Positions 41,503 to 51,436 of a stretch of 64,000 nt of DNA are shown here, piece after piece. This DNA comes from Pirellulales bacterium (lineage in GTDB: Bacteria > Planctomycetota > Planctomycetia > Pirellulales > PALSA-1355): assembly GCA_963733035.1 (NCBI GenBank), contig CAVTBU010000007.1:224001-288000 (forward strand), read 5' to 3'. The translations under genes were made by a program, and so were the position numbers. A model generated the notes under the pieces. That model saw only the letters and a list, made by a program, of their open reading frames with translations. It made no database searches and was not told the origin of the DNA. Position 1 is the first letter of the stretch; every line of letters begins with the position of its first letter.

Positions 41503-41517
41503 ATTGATAGTTTCAAT
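41503..41517. promoter_or_regulatory. Candidate LysR binding site
   Basis: ATTGA-tagtt-TCAAT dyad containing T-N11-A, in an AT-rich island between lysR and aceB. Confidence 0.6.
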
Positions 41518-41667
41518 GATTGGTATTGAAAGGATTGTTGTGTTCAATTCTTGAAGACGTGGTTAGAGTTTGTTCACAGGCGTGCCACGACGCCGTGATT
41601 CACGAACCAAACAATCCGTCGCGAAAGCCAGGAAAGCCGCGAAACCATCCTTCGAGGGGAACTCCCC

Positions 41668-43287
41668 ATGTCCGCCACCGCCACGCAGCACAGACACGCC
41701 ACGAGAATCCAGGGCATCGAACTGTTGGCCCCGGTGCCAGCCGACGCCCGGGACATCCTCACCGCCGAGGCCTTGCAGTTTATGGCCGATCTGGAGCGCC
41801 TCACCCGCGCCACCCGCAAGCAGCTGCTGGTCGCCCGCGACGAGCGTCAGGCTCGGATCGATGCCGGTGAAATGCCCGACTTTTTGCCCGAAACGGCGGC
41901 CATTCGCGCGGGCGACTGGACGATTGCCCCCGTGCCTGCCGATTTGCAGGACCGCCGCGTGGAGATCACTGGCCCGGTCGACCGCAAGATGGTCATCAAC
42001 GCGCTCAACTCCGGCGCCAAGATGTACATGGCCGACTTCGAGGATTCGCATTCACCCACCTGGGAGGCGACGATTGCGGGCCAAGTGAATCTTCGCGACG
42101 CGATCAATGGCACGATTGAATACATCGGCCCCAACAGCAAGCACTATACGCTCGATAAAGAGACAGCCACGCTGCTGGTGCGACCGCGCGGCTGGCATCT
42201 GGTCGAAAAACACATGCTCGTCGACGGCGAGCCGATTTCGGCCGGCATTTTCGACTTCGGTCTGTATTTCTTCCATAACGCTCAGGCCTTGGTCGACAAG
42301 GGAACCGGTCCCTATTTCTACCTGCCGAAGCTCGAAAGCCACTTGGAAGCCAGGCTCTGGAACGAAGTGTTCCGCACGGCTCAGATGGCGATCGGGTTGC
42401 CGCAGGGGACGATCAAGGCCACGGTGCTCATCGAAACCATTCTGGCCGCCTTCGAGATGGACGAAATCCTCTACGAGTTGCGCAACCACGCCGCGGGCCT
42501 GAATTGCGGTCGCTGGGATTACATCTTCAGTTTCATTAAGAAGTTTCGCAATCGACCGCAGTGCGTGCTGCCCGATCGGGCCCAGGTCACGATGACCACG
42601 CACTTTTTGCGCTCGTACTCGCGGCTGCTGATCGAAACCTGTCATCGACGTGGCGCCCACGCCATGGGTGGCATGGCCGCGCAGATTCCGATCAAGAACG
42701 ACCCGGTGGCCAACGGCGAAGCCCTGGCCAAGGTGCGTGCCGACAAGGAACGCGAGGCGGGCGACGGACACGACGGGACTTGGGTTGCCCACCCCGGGCT
42801 GGTGGGCGTCGCGATGGAGGTCTTCGATGCACACATGTTCTCTTCGAATCAAATCTTCCGCCGCAACCCGGACTTGCACGTCACGGCGGCCGATCTGCTC
42901 GCGGTTCCTCAGGGAGATATTACTCCCCAGGGCCTGCACACCAACGTGGCGGTCGGCCTTCGCTACCTCGAAGCCTGGCTCCGTGGCAACGGCTGCGTGC
43001 CGATCTTCAACCTGATGGAAGACGCCGCCACGGCCGAGATTTCCCGGGCCCAAATCTGGCAATGGATCCAGCATCCGGCCGGCAAATTCGCGGACGGCAC
43101 CAAGATCACGCCCGAACTGGTCGAACTGGTGCTTCGCCGCGAGCTGGCCGACTTGCGCGTGTCGCTTGGCGACGAAGCCTACCCAAAAAGCAAGTTCGAC
43201 GCCGCGGGCGAATTGTTCCTGTCGATCAGCACCGCGCCCGAGTTCGTCGACTTCCTGACGCTGCCGGCTTACGAACAACTGAACTAA
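41668..43287 (+). CDS. aceB: Malate synthase A
   Basis: DRRVEITGP, ADFED, VRPRGWH, GLNCGRWDYIFS, NLMEDAATAEISR, FLTLPAY. Confidence 0.98.
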   Translation: MSATATQHRHATRIQGIELLAPVPADARDILTAEALQFMADLERLTRATRKQLLVARDERQARIDAGEMPDFLPETAAIRAGDWTIAPVPADLQDRRVEITGPVDRKMVINALNSGAKMYMADFEDSHSPTWEATIAGQVNLRDAINGTIEYIGPNSKHYTLDKETATLLVRPRGWHLVEKHMLVDGEPISAGIFDFGLYFFHNAQALVDKGTGPYFYLPKLESHLEARLWNEVFRTAQMAIGLPQGTIKATVLIETILAAFEMDEILYELRNHAAGLNCGRWDYIFSFIKKFRNRPQCVLPDRAQVTMTTHFLRSYSRLLIETCHRRGAHAMGGMAAQIPIKNDPVANGEALAKVRADKEREAGDGHDGTWVAHPGLVGVAMEVFDAHMFSSNQIFRRNPDLHVTAADLLAVPQGDITPQGLHTNVAVGLRYLEAWLRGNGCVPIFNLMEDAATAEISRAQIWQWIQHPAGKFADGTKITPELVELVLRRELADLRVSLGDEAYPKSKFDAAGELFLSISTAPEFVDFLTLPAYEQLN

Positions 43288-43345
43288 CTCCCCTTCTCGT
43301 TTTCACTTCACTTCCATGCTTTAGTACGAAAAGGGATCGCCGACC

Positions 43346-44641
43346 ATGTCCGAACCACGAACCGCCGCCGACATCGAAGCTGATTGGACCGACCATCCGC
43401 GCTGGGAAGGTATCCGCCGCGACTTCTCGGCGGTCGACGTCGTTCGCCTCCGCGGCAGCATGCACATCGAACACACGCTGGCCCGCCGTGGCGCAGAGAA
43501 GCTTTGGCAGCTGCTCAACTTCGAGCCGTACATCAACGCGCTGGGTGCGCTGACCGGCAACCAGGCCGTGCAAATGGCCGAAGCGGGGTTGAAGGCGATT
43601 TACCTCAGCGGTTGGCAGGTCGCGGCCGATGCAAACAACGCGGGTCAGATGTATCCCGATCAAAGCCTTTACCCGGCCGACAGCGTCCCAAACCTCGTTC
43701 GCCGCCTGAACAACGCGCTGCGGCGGGCCGACCAGGTGCAGCACCTGGAAGGTCGACAGGACGTCGATTACTTCCTGCCGATCGTGGCGGACGCCGAGGC
43801 CGGTTTCGGCGGTCCGCTGAACGCCTTCGAACTGATGAAGGGGATGATCGAAGCGGGCGCCGCTGGCGTGCACTTCGAAGATCAGCTGGCGAGCGAGAAG
43901 AAGTGCGGACACATGGGGGGCAAAGTTCTGGTGCCCACGCAGCAGTTCATTCGCACCCTCGCCGCCGCCCGCTTGGCATCCGACGTGCTCGACGTGCCCA
44001 CCGTGCTGGTCGCCCGCACGGATGCGAATAGTGCGCAATTGCTCACCAGCGACGTCGACCAGCGGGACCGACGCTTCATCACTGGCGAGCGAACGCCCGA
44101 AGGTTTCTTCCGTATCTCGGGTGAGCTCGACATCGCAATCGACCGCGGCTTGTCGTACGCCCCGTACGCCGACTTGCTATGGTGCGAAACGTCGACACCC
44201 GACTTGGACGAAGCGCGGAGATTCGCCGAATCGATTCACGCCGAGTTCCCAGACAAACTGTTGGCGTACAACTGTTCGCCGAGCTTCAACTGGAAAAAGA
44301 AACTCGACGACACCACAATCGCCCGCTTCCAGCGCGAGCTGGGCGCAATGGGCTACAAATACCAGTTCATCACGCTGGCCGGCTTCCATGCGTTGAACCT
44401 ATCGATGTTCGAGCTGGCGCGGGGTTATCGCAAAACCGGTATGACCGCCTACGCGGCGCTGCAAGAGCGCGAGTTTGCCCGCGAGGCCGATTCGGGCTAC
44501 CGCGCCACGAAACATCAGCGGTTTGTCGGCACTGGTTACTTCGATGAGATTGCTCAAGCGATCGCCGGCGGACGTTCGTCAACGACGGCGCTGTGCGGAT
44601 CCACCGAGGAGGCTCAATTCGAGGCCCAGCCGGCAGCGTAA
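43346..44641 (+). CDS. aceA: Isocitrate lyase
   Basis: [39 protein letters not shown]. Confidence 0.98.
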   Translation: MSEPRTAADIEADWTDHPRWEGIRRDFSAVDVVRLRGSMHIEHTLARRGAEKLWQLLNFEPYINALGALTGNQAVQMAEAGLKAIYLSGWQVAADANNAGQMYPDQSLYPADSVPNLVRRLNNALRRADQVQHLEGRQDVDYFLPIVADAEAGFGGPLNAFELMKGMIEAGAAGVHFEDQLASEKKCGHMGGKVLVPTQQFIRTLAAARLASDVLDVPTVLVARTDANSAQLLTSDVDQRDRRFITGERTPEGFFRISGELDIAIDRGLSYAPYADLLWCETSTPDLDEARRFAESIHAEFPDKLLAYNCSPSFNWKKKLDDTTIARFQRELGAMGYKYQFITLAGFHALNLSMFELARGYRKTGMTAYAALQEREFAREADSGYRATKHQRFVGTGYFDEIAQAIAGGRSSTTALCGSTEEAQFEAQPAA

Positions 44642-44651
44642 GAGACCATCA

Positions 44652-44760
44652 GGCAGCTTCGGGGTGCGGGATACGCTTGAGAGAGTCCGGAGCAGGTGAA
44701 GATGCATGGGACGTATTTCCGTCGCAGACTCTCAAACCCGAATCCCAAACCCCGGCTGCC
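44652..44760. repeat. Long imperfect inverted repeat downstream of aceA
   Basis: GGCAGC..GGGGT..GGGAT..GAGAGTC pairs with GACTCTC..ATCCC..ACCCC..GCTGCC. Confidence 0.5.
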
Positions 44761-44919
44761 ACCAAAACCTACCAAGGAATGGAAAACAGGGCTTCTGGGG
44801 AGTAGCCCTCGGTGCCGCGCTGTGGTTTCTACGGCCACAGCGCGGCCCATTCCTTTTCTGGTACACACGGGCAGGCCGCGAGGCCGCCGATCGGCTGCGC
44901 GGCCCGCATCGGTCGCAGA

Positions 44920-45909
44920 TTACTGGATCGAGTTCTCGATCACCCGGAAAACTCCCTGGATGACACCGATCGCCTGCTGTTGATCAGCCTTGCCATCGGG
45001 GTCGTTGTAGAACAAGTCGAATGTGTACCACTTGCCGTTCTTGTTCTTCAGCAGCCAATTGCCGGCCAGGAGCTGATCTTCCGAGCCCCCTTTGAATCCG
45101 ACGAACGGCCATGTGTCTTGATCGTACTGAAGCTTTTTGTCGAGCGTGAGCACCTGCCGCAACTGGCTGGCCGGCATGCCGTCTTGGGTATGGTTGCGGA
45201 TCCAATCCAACGCGTAGCTCATGTCCAGCGGCGTGGCATACCATTCGGCCACGTCGTAAGCGCCGGTGTCGAAGTCCACGGCGTCGTAGTCGAGTTCACC
45301 CTGGAAGTGATCGGCAAGAAACTTTCGGCGGGCAGCGTCGTCGAGCTTCCGGTATTGATTGCCCAGCATGCCGGTCTTCTTGTCGCGAAGCATCGTCATC
45401 TCGCGTGTCGAGAGTAGTGGACGATTCCAATCGGCGTTGCGGTCGCCCATCCGCGTCATCTGTTCCTCGATCCGTTCCCTCCCGAGCAGGTACAACAAGT
45501 GATCGGTTGCCGTATTGTCGCTGATCGAGATCATCTTCAGCGACAGGGTAGACAGCGTCACGGGCGACCCAACCGGCCACTCGGCCATCTCGCTGTGCGG
45601 CGGGCCTTTCAGGTCGGCGCGCAGCCGCATGATGTCGTCCCGGCTGCGACGGTCGTTGTTCACTTCGTCGATCAGTGTGCCAAGGATAAACAGTTTGAAG
45701 CTCGAACCGACGGCGAAGCGTTCATCTTGACGCACGCCGAAAAGCACCTGTGGCCCCTTGGGCGTCAGCTCCGTAAAGACCATGCCGGTATGTCCCGGCA
45801 GTTTTGCCAGTTCCTGTTGAATGACCTCCGTCACGTCGCCCGTCGACGGTTCCTTGGGTGCGGCCGGCAAAACGGCAAACGTCAGCAACGACAATAGCGC
45901 GAAATACAT
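44920..45909 (-). CDS. Secreted serine hydrolase, class A beta-lactamase-like fold
   Basis: FAVGSSFK (SxxK), SDNTA (SDN), FKGGS (KxG). Confidence 0.85.
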   Translation of the reverse strand: MYFALLSLLTFAVLPAAPKEPSTGDVTEVIQQELAKLPGHTGMVFTELTPKGPQVLFGVRQDERFAVGSSFKLFILGTLIDEVNNDRRSRDDIMRLRADLKGPPHSEMAEWPVGSPVTLSTLSLKMISISDNTATDHLLYLLGRERIEEQMTRMGDRNADWNRPLLSTREMTMLRDKKTGMLGNQYRKLDDAARRKFLADHFQGELDYDAVDFDTGAYDVAEWYATPLDMSYALDWIRNHTQDGMPASQLRQVLTLDKKLQYDQDTWPFVGFKGGSEDQLLAGNWLLKNKNGKWYTFDLFYNDPDGKADQQQAIGVIQGVFRVIENSIQ

Positions 45910-46053
45910 GGCCAGGCACCTCCCCAAAAGCCCAGAAAGCCAGTGAGACCCGAACTGAGCCTCTCCGCAACTCTAGTTGCGCCACCGGTCGGGCGCGGCC
46001 AGGCAGCGACCCGGCCTTGGGACCATTGGAACCGGTCGGAGCCGTTTTGCGGT

Positions 46054-47625
46054 TTACAACGCGGAGCCGGGGAGCGGCACGGCGTGGCCGGTCCGTTTGT
46101 CGCGGGGCATCTGTGCGTCGACGCTGCGCAAATAGGAGCCCAACTCGCTCGCAAGCCGCTCTCGAATCTCCGCTTGCTCGTCGGCCAGGTTGTGGGTTTC
46201 ACCCAAGTCATCGGCCAGGTTGAACAGCTCGTAGCGACCGTCCGCGTGGTAGTAGATCAGCTTCCAAGCACCGTGACGAATTGTGCTCGACGGGGCGATG
46301 CCCGGACCGTCGCCTCCCCAGTGGTTCGGATAGTGCCAGAATAGCGGCCGGTCGTCGCGGGCCGCGTCATGCTGGCCGTGCAACAGTCCGACAAAACTCA
46401 GGCCGTCCATCCCACCGATCTGCTCGAAGCCCTCGACGCCGGCCATTTCCAAAATGGTCGGGAAGTAGTCGTGAATGATGACCGGCTGCGAACAGGCCGA
46501 CGCCTTTTCCGTCACGCCGGGCCAGCGAACGATCATCGGCACGCGAATGCCACCTTCGTAGGCGGACCCCTTGCCGCTAGCCAAGGGCCGGTTGTGCGTG
46601 TTTGGCTCGCCGCCACGTGCATGCGCGCTCAGGCCCCCGTTGTCGGACATGAACAGCACAATCGTTTCGTCGCTTAGTCCATGTCGTTCGACGTTGTCGA
46701 GCAAATCGCCAAGCGAGCGGTCCATCCCTTCAACCAGCGCCGAGTACATGGCCTCCTTGTGATCGAGCCCCGCGTCGCGATAGGCCTGGTAGAAACGCTT
46801 GTCGATCGAATACGGCGTATGCACCGCGTAGTGGGCCATGTAGAGGAAGAACGGCTTCTTGTCGGCCACGGCGTCGTCCATGGCCAGATTGGCTTCGCGC
46901 GTCAATGCTTCAGTCAGGAAAATGTCCTGGCCATGGTACTTCTCTAGGCCGGGAATATCCCAAACGCGATCCCCCTTGCGATGCCGGGCACTAAAGTTCT
47001 CGGTGCCCAGGTAGCTGCCGGGTCCACCGGCCGCATGACCGCCGATATTGACGTCAAAGCCCAGGTTGAGCGGATCGGCCCCGGGCGTGCCGACGGCGCC
47101 GAAGTGGGCTTTGCCGACGTGAATCGTACGGTAGCCCGCCTTCTGCAATACGGACGGTAGTGGCGTCGCGTGAACCGTGCGCGCGACGCCAGCCGTCGGC
47201 GATAGTCCGCCGGTGTTCCAGGCCGGAAACTCCAATGTCGGGTGTGGACGGTCGGTGCCCGGGTCAACGCGTAGCGTCCAGTTTGTGACGCGGTGATGCG
47301 GCGCTGCCAGGCCCGTAATCAGGCTCACTCGGGTTGGCGTGCACACAGTGCAGGCGTAAGCCTGGGTGAACTTCATTCCGCTGGCGGCCAGCCGCTCCAT
47401 GTTCGGTGTGCGGTAGCGTCGGTTGAAGGGAGTGACTTCCGTGTGAAACGGCACCGAAGTATCCTGCCAGCCCATGTCGTCGACCAAAAACACCAGGATA
47501 TTCGGCTGCTTGCGACCTGGGGGTTCGTCGGCGCGGGCCTCTGGCATCAGCCACGTGCCCCACATGGCGAAGCTCAGCATGAATGCGGCCCACAGCGCCG
47601 GCCAGATTCGTCGATCACTTTTCAT
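46054..47625 (-). CDS. Secreted Cys-type sulfatase
   Basis: PNILVFLVDDMGWQD, CTPTRVSLITG, GKAHFG, SDNGG. Confidence 0.95.
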   Translation of the reverse strand: MKSDRRIWPALWAAFMLSFAMWGTWLMPEARADEPPGRKQPNILVFLVDDMGWQDTSVPFHTEVTPFNRRYRTPNMERLAASGMKFTQAYACTVCTPTRVSLITGLAAPHHRVTNWTLRVDPGTDRPHPTLEFPAWNTGGLSPTAGVARTVHATPLPSVLQKAGYRTIHVGKAHFGAVGTPGADPLNLGFDVNIGGHAAGGPGSYLGTENFSARHRKGDRVWDIPGLEKYHGQDIFLTEALTREANLAMDDAVADKKPFFLYMAHYAVHTPYSIDKRFYQAYRDAGLDHKEAMYSALVEGMDRSLGDLLDNVERHGLSDETIVLFMSDNGGLSAHARGGEPNTHNRPLASGKGSAYEGGIRVPMIVRWPGVTEKASACSQPVIIHDYFPTILEMAGVEGFEQIGGMDGLSFVGLLHGQHDAARDDRPLFWHYPNHWGGDGPGIAPSSTIRHGAWKLIYYHADGRYELFNLADDLGETHNLADEQAEIRERLASELGSYLRSVDAQMPRDKRTGHAVPLPGSAL

Positions 47626-47933
47626 GGGGTCAGACTACTCGGGGAAAGATGGCAGGGCAGGGGGGATTTTGGACAATCGCCATCTTAACTGAGCTTTGGC
47701 ACGCTGTCGAAGGTTGCCAAAACGCAACGTGGCGCTTGCTTTTGATAACGTTCGTTCGGTTCGGATCCTGCTGTCTAGCGCTCGACAGCCCGGTCATGCG
47801 GTTCCGGTCGTGTCAGTCCTGGCGAGCGCGACAGCGGCTGGAAAGTTGCAGCACACAACGGCATGCCATCTGCCCCTGCTGCTCGCCAGTCGACACGTCA
47901 CCACCAAATCTCCCGAAGAGGTTGATCGCCGCC

Positions 47934-48908
47934 ATGCACCAGCAACTGCTCCCGGATTGGACACCCCAGCAATACGCCGCCCTGGAAAACGAGATCCTGC
48001 TCGCTCCGCATCTGCTGCACAAGTCGGGCTTGTTCGACGACGAGAATCTGATTCGCCTGCTCGATGAACATCCGCTGTGCGACCTGGGCGTCAATACGAT
48101 GGGCACCAGTCACACGCAGTTCGAGTGGCGCGAAGGGGACCGCAACGGAGTCCCCTCGGACGTGCTGTTGGACCTGGTGCGACGCGGCCGCTTGTGGATC
48201 AACCTGCGGAAGGTGCTGGTCCACCATCCCGAAATCCGCGAGGCAGTCGACTCCGTTTACAACGAACTCGAGTTGAAGAACCCCAGCTTCAAGGCCGAAC
48301 AGCGTTCGGCGAACCTGCTCATCTCGTCTCCGGGCGCGCTCGTGCACTACCATCTGGACACGCCCGTAAATATGCTGTGGCACATTCGCGGTATGAAGCG
48401 AGTATGGATCTATCCGCTGACTCCGGAATTCGTTTCACAGCAGCACATCGAAGGGATCTATTGCGGCGAATTCGCCGAGGATTTGCCCTACGAAAGCTGG
48501 TTTGATGAGCATGCCGAGGTGTTCGACGTCCGGCCGGGCCAAATGCTTACCTGGCCGCAAAATACCCCTCACCGGGTGACGAATCTGGACGGAATGAACG
48601 TCTCGCTCTCGACCGAGCACAAAAATGCCCGGGCTTTACGCCGTGGAAACGTGCATTTGGCCAACCGGTTTTTGCGACGTACGTTTAAACTGCCGTGCCG
48701 GTCGACGAAAGTCGACGGGCCGGTCGCGCATTGGAAACAATTTGCGATTCGCGTCGCCCGACGCTTGCCTTGGACTCAGACCGAGCCGGTCAAGCGGGGC
48801 ATCGACTACGCGGTTAGTTTCCGTGTCGATCCGGACGCTCCCCAAGGTTTTACGCTGCTAGACGGCGCGACGGTCGACGTCGGGCACGAGCAACCCGTGG
48901 GAGTGTAG
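47934..48908 (+). CDS. JmjC/cupin-like Fe(II)/2-oxoglutarate oxygenase family protein
   Basis: LLISSP, HYHLD (HxD), GMKRVWIY, PGQMLTWPQNTPHRV (distal His); start taken at MHQQLL. Confidence 0.8.
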   Translation: MHQQLLPDWTPQQYAALENEILLAPHLLHKSGLFDDENLIRLLDEHPLCDLGVNTMGTSHTQFEWREGDRNGVPSDVLLDLVRRGRLWINLRKVLVHHPEIREAVDSVYNELELKNPSFKAEQRSANLLISSPGALVHYHLDTPVNMLWHIRGMKRVWIYPLTPEFVSQQHIEGIYCGEFAEDLPYESWFDEHAEVFDVRPGQMLTWPQNTPHRVTNLDGMNVSLSTEHKNARALRRGNVHLANRFLRRTFKLPCRSTKVDGPVAHWKQFAIRVARRLPWTQTEPVKRGIDYAVSFRVDPDAPQGFTLLDGATVDVGHEQPVGV

Positions 48909-48965
48909 GGGCGGCCCTGAAAACAAGAGTCACCCTCACACCATCCACGGCGAGCCGGAGGCAGG

Positions 48966-50108
48966 ATGCAAGTCACGTTACTCACGCAATTGGACGAACT
49001 CGAAGCTCGCGCCGACCAGTGGCGACGCCTGGTCAAAGGGCATCCGTTCCTCGGTCCCGACTGGCTGATCTCCTGGTGGAAACACCTGGGCGGCGCCAAT
49101 CCTCAGGATGGCCACGCGCCTCGTTTGGCCACGCTTGCCGTCAGCGACGCCGAAGGGAAACTCGTGGCGCTGGCCCCTTGGTACCTGCAGCATTCGCTGT
49201 TGCACGGCCGGACGCTGCGGTTCCTCGGTTCGGGCGACGTGTGCAGCGACTACCTTTCGATCGCCTGCCGCACTGGCGACGAACAGCCGGCACTGCAGGC
49301 TATCGCCGATTGGCTCATCGAAAATCATGGACGCAATGATGAAGCCGGGTGGGATCTGGTAGCGCTCGAAGCTGTTGACCTCACCGACCCGCTGATCAAA
49401 GGACTGATGGCCGCCGTGGAAGACCGCGGCGCGATTACCAGCACCCGGCCGGCCGGCAATTGCTGGCGGATCGCGCTGCCCGAGTCGTGGGAGGAGTACG
49501 TCGCGCAGCTCTCGAAAACGAACCGCAAGCGAGTCCGCCGCCTCGACCGCAACTATTTGCAGACCGGCCGTGCGGAACTCCATCGCGTGGCCTCCGCAGA
49601 ACAACTTGCCGAGGGCTTTGCGCTGCTGGTCGATTTGCACACCCGGCGCTGGAAAACGCGGGGCGAAGAGGGAATCTTCGCCGAGCCGGGAATCTACGAC
49701 TTTCATCGCGAGGTAACCGAGCGGCTGCTGGCAACCGGTCACCTGCGGCTTTCGTGGTTGACGATCGACGGACAGCCCGCCGCGGCGGAGTACTACCTAA
49801 CCGACGGCAGCGTGTTGTATTCGTATCAATCCGGGTTCGACCCGGCTTTGATCTCGCACGAACCCGGTGTGCTGATCCTGGTGGCGACCATTCAAGACAT
49901 CATTGAATGTGGCTACACGGCCCTCGATTTCCTGCGTGGCGACGAACCGTATAAGCTCGATTGGCGATCCGAGCGGCGTCCCATTCATGACGTCCGAATT
50001 CTGCCTGGCGACTTGCCCGGCTATTTGCGGCAGTCGCTCTGGCAGGCGGCCACGAGCGCAAAGGACCTGCTGCGGGCCGGTCGCGACGCAGTGATTCATG
50101 CCCGGTAA
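48966..50108 (+). CDS. GNAT-family N-acyltransferase, CelD/BcsL-like
   Basis: CSDYLSI, WEEYVAQLS, YQSGFDP, EPGVLIL, DFLRGDEPYK. Confidence 0.88.
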   Translation: MQVTLLTQLDELEARADQWRRLVKGHPFLGPDWLISWWKHLGGANPQDGHAPRLATLAVSDAEGKLVALAPWYLQHSLLHGRTLRFLGSGDVCSDYLSIACRTGDEQPALQAIADWLIENHGRNDEAGWDLVALEAVDLTDPLIKGLMAAVEDRGAITSTRPAGNCWRIALPESWEEYVAQLSKTNRKRVRRLDRNYLQTGRAELHRVASAEQLAEGFALLVDLHTRRWKTRGEEGIFAEPGIYDFHREVTERLLATGHLRLSWLTIDGQPAAAEYYLTDGSVLYSYQSGFDPALISHEPGVLILVATIQDIIECGYTALDFLRGDEPYKLDWRSERRPIHDVRILPGDLPGYLRQSLWQAATSAKDLLRAGRDAVIHAR

Positions 50109-50279
50109 ACACGGCACGCATTCCCCTCCCTGCGCTTGCCGCGCCAAGCTCCGGTCGCATCGTATTGTTCGCCGTCCGTTTTTTGTCGCGCGGCCACGTT
50201 ACTGAGGTGCCGCTCACCATCGAGCACGGTAGAATGACACCGCAGGCCGAGTACCCGCCCATTCGGATGGAAGTCTGGT

Positions 50280-51425
50280 ATGGATCCAATCGAATTCACG
50301 TCGAATGCCGCCCCGACGCTGGGCATCGAGCTGGAACTTGCGCTGGTCGATGCGGAATCGATGGCGCTGTCGAGTTCAATCCAGCAGGTGCTCGAGCGCG
50401 TGCCGCCCCAGTTTGCCGGCAACGTCAAGCCCGAGCTAATGCAGTCCTATGTCGAAATCAATACCGGCGTTTGCCACACGGTCGACGAGGCCGAGGGCGA
50501 TCTACGCGAAAAGCTACTGGCGCTGCAGAGCGTGACCGACGGCCTAGGACTGCGTCTCTATTGGGCCGGCACCCATCCATTTTCAAACTGGCGCGATCAA
50601 CTTGTTTCGCCCAGTGAGCGCTACCAGCGGCTGGTCGAAATGTTGCAGGACATGGCCCGGCAGTTGGTCTGCTTCGGGCTGCACGTACATGTCGGCGTGA
50701 ACTCGGGCGACAAGGCGGTGATGATCTGCGACCGCATCATGCGGCACCTACCCACGCTGCTGGCCTTGAGCTCAAACAGTCCCTGGTGGAACGGTCGCGT
50801 ATCGGGGCTCCGCTCGCATCGCGCCAAAATCATGGAGGGCCTTCCCACGGCCGGTCTACCACCGTTGATGCGGAATTGGAGCGAATACGTCTGGCTCGTG
50901 CGGCACCTTGTTGAAACGGGCTTCATCGATTCGATCCGCGAGATCTGGTGGGACGTACGCCCGCACCACAACTTTGGCACCGTCGAAGTGCGCATGTGCG
51001 ACATCCCCGGCAACCTGGAAGACAGCCTGGCGCTGGCCGCGCTGACGCAATGTCTCGTCAAGGCGCTCTCCGACGAGATCGACCGCGGTACCTACCAGCA
51101 CGATTGCCATCCGATGATGGTTCGCCAGAACAAGTGGCGGGCCAGCCGCTACGGCCTCGAAGCCGAATTAATCGATCCACTTACGTTTGAGCCACATAGC
51201 GTGCGCGAAATTGTGGCCCGCATGGTCGAAAAATTGCAGCCCGTTGCCGACCAACTTGGTTGCACTCGTTGGCTGAATCGCGTCTCGGAGCTGGCGCAGG
51301 GCAAGAGTTGGGCCGTGCGGCAACTCGAAGTACTCGACGCGACCGGCAGCCCCCAGGAGGTTGTCCGACATTTTTCCGATCTCTCGCGGCTGCAACCGAT
51401 GGCCATTCAGTCTTCCGGAACCTAG
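50280..51425 (+). CDS. ybdK: Carboxylate-amine ligase (glutamate--cysteine ligase 2 family)
   Basis: TLGIELEL, EINTGVC, GTHPF, GLHVHVG, WWDVRP, GTVEVRMCD, NKWRASRYG. Confidence 0.92.
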   Translation: MDPIEFTSNAAPTLGIELELALVDAESMALSSSIQQVLERVPPQFAGNVKPELMQSYVEINTGVCHTVDEAEGDLREKLLALQSVTDGLGLRLYWAGTHPFSNWRDQLVSPSERYQRLVEMLQDMARQLVCFGLHVHVGVNSGDKAVMICDRIMRHLPTLLALSSNSPWWNGRVSGLRSHRAKIMEGLPTAGLPPLMRNWSEYVWLVRHLVETGFIDSIREIWWDVRPHHNFGTVEVRMCDIPGNLEDSLALAALTQCLVKALSDEIDRGTYQHDCHPMMVRQNKWRASRYGLEAELIDPLTFEPHSVREIVARMVEKLQPVADQLGCTRWLNRVSELAQGKSWAVRQLEVLDATGSPQEVVRHFSDLSRLQPMAIQSSGT

Positions 51426-51436
51426 TTGAATTGAGC

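Noticed and set aside
44920..45909. Beta-lactamase controlled by the BlaI/BlaR-like pair
   Set aside because: About 7 kb away with unrelated genes between; no clear omega-loop motif recognised; the receptor shows no penicillin-binding domain
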